From Gemmatimonadota bacterium (GTDB lineage: Bacteria > Gemmatimonadota > Gemmatimonadetes > Palauibacterales > Palauibacteraceae), in contig JBDGWG010000002.1 of assembly GCA_039585235.1 (NCBI GenBank), positions 27,346-91,345 of the forward strand: a stretch of 64,000 bases of DNA. Reading direction: 5' to 3'. This document shows, in pieces, positions 59,195 to 64,000 of the stretch. Made by a program: the position numbers and the translations under genes. Each line of letters starts with the position of its first letter. The first letter of the stretch is position 1. Below the pieces are notes generated by a model. It did not search any database. It was not told where the DNA came from and saw nothing but the letters and a program-made list of their open reading frames with translations.

Positions 59195-59230
59195 TTGACA
59201 AATGTAGCTACATGTAGCTACATTGACGAC
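59195..59230 (+). promoter_or_regulatory. promoter/operator of the toxin-antitoxin operon: TTGACA, then two tandem copies of the 10-bp palindrome TGTAGCTACA, then TTGACG, 8 nt before the ATG
   Basis: Read directly: ttgacaaaTGTAGCTACATGTAGCTACAttgacgacATG. Confidence 0.7.
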
Positions 59231-59521
59231 ATGAGAGCCGTGGGAATCCGAGAGCTGAAGAATCGCTTGAGCGAGTACATCCGTCTCGTGCGAGACGGAG
59301 AGCGCGTCCTGGTTACCGATCGCGGCGTGATCGTGGCCGAGATACGCTCCCCCGGAACGCCGGTCGAAGACGACCATTATCCTCTTCTAAGCGCCGCCGC
59401 ACGGAAGGGTAAGGTGCGACTCGGGGCACCCAACCGGCCGGACCTGTATCCGAAGTTCGAGAAGGTCACCCCGGATGGTCTGGCCCTCGAGATACTGGAC
59501 TGGTCGCGAGGCGAGCGTTGA
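59231..59521 (+). CDS. type II antitoxin, Phd/YefM family
   Basis: MRAVGIRELKNRLSEYIRLVRDGERVLVTDRGVIVAEI is typical of Phd/YefM. Its stop overlaps the toxin start. Confidence 0.8.
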   Translation: MRAVGIRELKNRLSEYIRLVRDGERVLVTDRGVIVAEIRSPGTPVEDDHYPLLSAAARKGKVRLGAPNRPDLYPKFEKVTPDGLALEILDWSRGER

Positions 59522-59958
59522 TTCTGTATGCGGAGTCGAGCGCCGTCCTGGCCTGGCTTCTGGACGAAGATCCCGTGGAGGAGATCAGGGCCGCCCTCGC
59601 GGAGGCGGAGCTCGTGATCACTTCGGACCTCACGCTCATCGAGTGCCAGCGTGGGTTGATCCAGGCCAGAGCCCGCGGGCGAGTCAGCGAGAGCGAAGTC
59701 ACCCGTCGGGCAGCGCAGCTGCGGCAAACAGCCCACCACTGGGTGTGCATGACGCTCGAGCCAGAGGTCGCGGATCGGGCCATGGCCCCGTTCCCGAACG
59801 AACCTGTCCGAACCCTGGACGCCCTGCACCTCGCTTTCGCACTCGCGGCCCAATCCCTGGTGGGTGCCGCGCACGTACTGACCCTGGACCGGCGCGTCAG
59901 GGGCACAGCTTCGGCTCTCGGGATGGCGGTCTTTCCGGATTCCGATCAACCCGTTTGA
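59518..59958 (+). CDS. vapC: type II toxin, PIN domain (VapC family)
   Basis: 146 aa. An N-terminal LD...D acidic residue, TLDALHLAFA, and a C-terminal ...LDRR are characteristic PIN residues. TTG start overlapping the antitoxin stop. Confidence 0.75.
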   Translation: MILYAESSAVLAWLLDEDPVEEIRAALAEAELVITSDLTLIECQRGLIQARARGRVSESEVTRRAAQLRQTAHHWVCMTLEPEVADRAMAPFPNEPVRTLDALHLAFALAAQSLVGAAHVLTLDRRVRGTASALGMAVFPDSDQPV

Positions 59959-60926
59959 TCCCTCGCCAGGTGGCACGCGACCCGGTGCCCCGGCGCCTCC
60001 TCCTCGAGCTGCGGCACCTCCGTGTGACATACGTCCTGCACGATCGGACACCTTCCGGCGACCGGGCAGGAGTGAACCGCGTGTCCCGGTGGCCCGAGAT
60101 CGTCCCGCAGCCGCACACGCTTCCGGCGGAGAGCGGGATCCACGCTCGGGACCGCGAAGAGGAGCGCCTGCGTGTAGGGATGAAGAGGCCGGCGGATCAG
60201 GCTGGCCGTCGGCGCCGATTCGACGATCGTTCCCCGGTACATGACCGCGATCCGGTCCGCGATCCGCTCCACCACCGCGAGGTCGTGCGAGATGAACAGC
60301 ATCGCGAGCCGTTTCTCCCGCTTCAGATCGAGCAGCAGATTCAGGATTTGGGCCTGCACCGACACGTCGAGGGCCGAGACCGGCTCGTCCGCCACCAGGA
60401 GCTCCGGATCTGTCGCCAGCGCGCGAGCGATGGCCACGCGTTGCCGCTGGCCGCCGCTCATCTCGTGCGGGTACCGAGTCGCGAAGTGGGGCTCGATCCC
60501 TACCAGCTCCAACAGCTCCGACACCCGCTCACTGATCTCGGGACCCGGCACGATGCCGTGCGCCCGCAGGGGCTCGGCCACGATCCGTCCGATCTGCATG
60601 CGCGGGTTGAGCGAGGAATACGGGTCCTGGAAGACGACTCCGAGCCGTTTTCGACGGCGCCGCAGATCTCTGCCCCTGAGGGCCAGAAAGTCGCTGCCCT
60701 CCAGCTCCACTTCGCCACTCGAAGGCTCGATGAGACGAAGAACACACCGGCCCAACGTCGTCTTCCCGCTCCCCGATTCCCCGACGATCCCGAGGACTTC
60801 TCCCGGGTGAAGATCCAGGTCCACGCCGGCCAGAGCTTCCAGCTGACCTGTTCGGCCGGCCCACCCCCGGCCGGTCGGGAAGTACTTGCTGAGTCCGCGC
60901 ACAGAGAGGATCGGCTGGTAGTTCAT
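59946..60926 (-). CDS. oppF: oligopeptide/dipeptide ABC transporter ATP-binding protein
   Basis: Walker A GESGSGKTT, the LSGGQRQR signature, and a C-terminal oligopeptide-transporter extension with CP..GRC. Confidence 0.9.
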   Translation of the reverse strand: MNYQPILSVRGLSKYFPTGRGWAGRTGQLEALAGVDLDLHPGEVLGIVGESGSGKTTLGRCVLRLIEPSSGEVELEGSDFLALRGRDLRRRRKRLGVVFQDPYSSLNPRMQIGRIVAEPLRAHGIVPGPEISERVSELLELVGIEPHFATRYPHEMSGGQRQRVAIARALATDPELLVADEPVSALDVSVQAQILNLLLDLKREKRLAMLFISHDLAVVERIADRIAVMYRGTIVESAPTASLIRRPLHPYTQALLFAVPSVDPALRRKRVRLRDDLGPPGHAVHSCPVAGRCPIVQDVCHTEVPQLEEEAPGHRVACHLARDQTG

Positions 60927-61888
60927 CTGGCCCGCTCCACCCGGTAGCAGGCGCACAGGCGGTCGCCCACGTCCTCGAGCGGCGGGGATGCGGCGCGGCA
61001 GTCCTCGTCGGCTTCTGGACAGCGTGCGTGGAACGAGCAGCCCGCAGGGAGGTCGGCGAGGTCCGGGACCGTTCCGGGGATCCCGCCGAGCGGTTGGTCG
61101 GGTCCCGCTCCCAGGTGCGGAATCGCCGCCATCAGCCCTTTCGTGTACGGATGACGAGGCTCGCGGGAGATCGCGGTCCAGTGTCCGATCTCCACGATCC
61201 GGCCGGCGTACATCACCATGATCCGGTCCGCCACGTCCGTGACCATCGCCAGGTCATGCGAGATGAGGAGGATCGCCATCCCGAATTCTCCCTGGATGTA
61301 CTTCAGCAGGTCGCAGACCTCCGACTGCACGGTGGCGTCGAGCGCCGTGGTGGGCTCGTCCGCGATCAGGAGCTTCGGCCGGCCCGCTATCGCGACGGCG
61401 ATCTGGGCTCTCTGTCGCATCCCTCCGGAGAGCTCGAACGGATACGCGCGGGCCTTCTTCTCCGGCTCCTGGAGCCCGAGATCCCCGAGCAGGTGGACCG
61501 CATCGCGCCAGGCTTCGGCCCTGCCCAGGCCGCGGTGCAGGCGGCCGACATCGGCGATCTGGTCCCCGATTCGATAGACGGGATTCAGACTGGCCGCCGG
61601 GTCCTGGAACACCATCCCGATTTCACCACCGCGCACCCTGCGCTTTTCGGCCCGACTCAGTAAGAGGATGTCCTGACCCTCGAACTCGATCTCTCCGGCC
61701 ACGATCCGGCCTGGAGATGGGACGAGATCCAGGATGGACAGGGCCACCATGCTCTTTCCGCTGCCCGTTTCCCCGACCAGGCCGAGGGTCTCTCCGCCCG
61801 CGACGCCGAACGATACTCCGTTGACGGGCCACAGCTCGCCTTCGTTCGCCTCGAATCGGGTGCTCAGGCTGCGGACGGATAAGAGCAT
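60923..61888 (-). CDS. oppD: oligopeptide/dipeptide ABC transporter ATP-binding protein
   Basis: Walker A GETGSGKS, LSGGMRQR, and C-terminal Cys motifs. Confidence 0.9.
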   Translation of the reverse strand: MLLSVRSLSTRFEANEGELWPVNGVSFGVAGGETLGLVGETGSGKSMVALSILDLVPSPGRIVAGEIEFEGQDILLLSRAEKRRVRGGEIGMVFQDPAASLNPVYRIGDQIADVGRLHRGLGRAEAWRDAVHLLGDLGLQEPEKKARAYPFELSGGMRQRAQIAVAIAGRPKLLIADEPTTALDATVQSEVCDLLKYIQGEFGMAILLISHDLAMVTDVADRIMVMYAGRIVEIGHWTAISREPRHPYTKGLMAAIPHLGAGPDQPLGGIPGTVPDLADLPAGCSFHARCPEADEDCRAASPPLEDVGDRLCACYRVERAR

Positions 61889-62781
61889 CACACGTACTTC
61901 TGGTCCACGGCCTTCGGGTCGAGCGCGTCGCGCAGACCGTCCGCCACAAGGCTGAAAGAGATGAGGGTGATCGTGAGCAATGCACCCGGGAAGAACGAGA
62001 TCCACCAGGCGCTCGCCAGCGTGTCCTTACCGGCCGCCACCATGTTGCCCCAGGACGGAGTCGGGGGGCTGATGCCGAGCCCGAGAAAGGACAGGCCGGC
62101 CTCGGCCCCGATCATTCCCACCACGGTCAGGGCCGCCGTCACGAGAACGGGCGACAGGGCGCCGGGGATCAGGTGGCGCAGGATGATCCGGTACGCGGGG
62201 AGCCCCATGGCCCGTGCCGCCTCGACGTAGTCGCGCCCCCTGAGGGACAGGATCTCACCGCGAATGAACCGGGCGGTCGCGGGCCACGCAGTGAGAGCGA
62301 GGATCAGGATGAGGACCGGTACGCTGGCCTCGAACACGCCGACCAGTAGAAGCATGAGATAGAATGCGGGAAACGCGATCCACACGTCCACGATGCGCAT
62401 CATGGCGCCGTCCACCACGCCGCCGAAGTACCCGGCGACGGCCCCGTACAGGCTGCCTATCGACGTGGCGAGCAGCATGGCTAAGATACCCACCGACAGG
62501 GAGATGCGTGCTCCGTACAGCGCCCGGCTGAACAGGTCGCGACCGAACTCGTCCGTGCCGAACGGGTGCGCCCACGAGGGCGGCTGGAAGCGCGTGGCCA
62601 TCACATCGCCGATGGCGACCGGGTCGTGTGGCGCGAGGATCGGTGCGAGAAGCGCGGACAGGATGAGAATCGCGATCGCGTAGATGGACCACAGGGCGAG
62701 CCGGTTCTCCCGGAATCGCCCCACGGCCATGCCCCAGGGGCCTCGAGACCTCGTCCTCTTCCACGCCGCGTCGGGAGCCAT
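61888..62781 (-). CDS. oppC: oligopeptide ABC transporter permease
   Basis: BPD_transp_1 permease with an OppC-type N-terminus. Start is uncertain (62781 or 62811). Confidence 0.85.
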   Translation of the reverse strand: MAPDAAWKRTRSRGPWGMAVGRFRENRLALWSIYAIAILILSALLAPILAPHDPVAIGDVMATRFQPPSWAHPFGTDEFGRDLFSRALYGARISLSVGILAMLLATSIGSLYGAVAGYFGGVVDGAMMRIVDVWIAFPAFYLMLLLVGVFEASVPVLILILALTAWPATARFIRGEILSLRGRDYVEAARAMGLPAYRIILRHLIPGALSPVLVTAALTVVGMIGAEAGLSFLGLGISPPTPSWGNMVAAGKDTLASAWWISFFPGALLTITLISFSLVADGLRDALDPKAVDQKYV

Positions 62782-62794
62782 CAGGCCCTCTTTC

Positions 62795-63778
62795 TCAGCG
62801 CCGGGAGGCATCGAACGATACCCTGGGATCGACGGCGGCGTAGCCCACGTCCGCCAGGAGATTCCCGAGCACCGTCAGCACGGCCGCCACCATGGTCGTC
62901 GCCAGTATCACGGGATAGTCACGTCCGACTACCGCGTCCACCGTGAGGCGCCCCATTCCGGGCCACGCGAAGATGGTCTCGACGATGGTGGCAGCCCCGA
63001 GCATGAGCGGAATGCTCATGCCGTAGATCGTGATGATGGGGATCATCGCGTTTCGCAGCGCGTGCCGCCGGACGATCGTCCCGCCTCTGAAGCCGCGAGC
63101 CCTGGCTGCGGTGATGTAATCCTCGCTCAGGACATCCAGCAGACGGCCGCGCATGTACCGCGCGGTGGCCGCGGCGCCTGCCACTCCCAGCACGGTGACC
63201 GGAAGCACGAGGTGCCACAGGCGGTCGAGAAGTTTTCCGAAGACGCTGAGGTCCGCGTAATCGAGAGATGTGGCCTGTGAGGTCGGAAACCAGCCCAGAT
63301 GCACCGAGAATACGAGGATGAGCATCAGGGCCAGCCAGAACCCGGGCATCGCGTACAGGGTCAGGGAGCCGAGGGTGACCGCCCGGTCGAGCCTCGTACC
63401 TCTCCTCACGGCCGACACGACGCCGAGCGTGATTCCCAGAAGGGCGTCCACGAGCAGGGCAGCCAGGATGAGAAGCAGGGTGTAGGGCACTGTCCTGGCG
63501 AGAATATCCCTGACGGGTCTGTGCAGAAGGAACGACTCGCCGAAATCCCCGCGGGCCGTGTTCGCGAGCCACGTCACGTACTGGACGTGAATGGGATGGT
63601 CCAGCCCCCGGTCCTGCCGCACCCGCTCGATGACCGCGGGATCTACCTGGCCGTGCGGCTGCAGGTAGAGGTCCACCGGATCGCCAGGGGCGAGGTGGGA
63701 GATGAAGAATGTCGCCGTCACGATCCCGAGGATCAGTGGCACCGACAGCAGCAGGCGTTTGACGATGTGCGCGAGCAT
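62795..63778 (-). CDS. oppB: oligopeptide ABC transporter permease
   Basis: MLAHIVKRLLLSVPLILGIVTATFF... OppB/DppB signature, 327 aa. Confidence 0.9.
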   Translation of the reverse strand: MLAHIVKRLLLSVPLILGIVTATFFISHLAPGDPVDLYLQPHGQVDPAVIERVRQDRGLDHPIHVQYVTWLANTARGDFGESFLLHRPVRDILARTVPYTLLLILAALLVDALLGITLGVVSAVRRGTRLDRAVTLGSLTLYAMPGFWLALMLILVFSVHLGWFPTSQATSLDYADLSVFGKLLDRLWHLVLPVTVLGVAGAAATARYMRGRLLDVLSEDYITAARARGFRGGTIVRRHALRNAMIPIITIYGMSIPLMLGAATIVETIFAWPGMGRLTVDAVVGRDYPVILATTMVAAVLTVLGNLLADVGYAAVDPRVSFDASRR

Positions 63779-63844
63779 GCAGTCCCTGGGGTTCGGTGGG
63801 CTCAGCGTAAGCTAGGCGGCAGGTGGAGGTACGTCTATTGGAGT

Positions 63845-63880
63845 AGACCGCCGGACGACGTGACGGCCGTCCGGCGGTCT
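63845..63880. repeat. perfect 13-bp inverted repeat (agaccgccggacg / cgtccggcggtct) with 10-nt loop upstream of oppB
   Basis: Read directly from the sequence. Confidence 0.65.
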
Positions 63881-64000
63881 CAGGCTCTGCGATGCGCGCT
63901 ACAGAACCATCTACAGGGCGATGGTCAGACCCGCGGACACGTCTCCCTGCCAGAATCCCCAGCCACTCAGGCCCACGCCGCATCCTCCGGTGCCACACCA

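Overview
This is 64 kb of high-GC (about 68-70%) bacterial chromosome with no recognisable mobile elements, CRISPR arrays or rRNA/tRNA genes. The gene content (Oar-like TonB-dependent receptor, YVTN beta-propellers, ECF sigma/anti-sigma pairs) is consistent with a Gemmatimonadota- or Acidobacteriota-like organism, but this is not proven.

Positions 1-23 kb are a dense minus-strand block of housekeeping genes. In order they are a PASTA protein, rsmB, thiG-thiS-thiE, fmt, def, yajC, tgt, queA, ruvB/A/C, yebC, an EF-G paralog, a rhomboid, ddl, cysK-like, a TonB-C protein, mutS, a SPOR protein, holA, and an ECF sigma with a zinc-finger anti-sigma.

Positions 22.9-30.4 kb are an accessory minus-strand region. 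It carries a NUDIX hydrolase, an M16 peptidase pair, an NHL-like beta-propeller translationally coupled to a 67-aa secreted Cys peptide, a 715-aa anti-sigma with a Cys-less thioredoxin-like domain, and a second ECF sigma.

Positions 30.5-34.1 kb carry an XRE regulator, RNase P RNA (rnpB, minus strand, recognised from its conserved P4 motifs), a YVTN propeller, an OMP beta-barrel and hpt.

The most striking feature is a tightly coupled ferredoxin-module supra-operon of about 15 kb on the plus strand (34.5-49.5 kb). It reads korA-korB, a 343-aa unknown protein, rnfB, an unusually long 1709-aa pyruvate:ferredoxin oxidoreductase (PFOR) with a ferredoxin-like C-terminal domain inserted inside the rnf cluster, rnfC-D-G-E-A, and three small proteins. 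Almost all junctions are ATGA/TGATG overlaps.

The 3' end carries an Oar-like TonB receptor, gldA, a peptidoglycan-binding protein, an M1 aminopeptidase, a Tat-secreted isoaspartyl peptidase, a Phd/VapC toxin-antitoxin pair with a tandem palindromic operator, and oppFDCB.

The printed sequence numbering and the ORF-track coordinates disagree by one base in a few places. I used the ORF-track coordinates, and positions of features I located by eye may be off by 1 nt.
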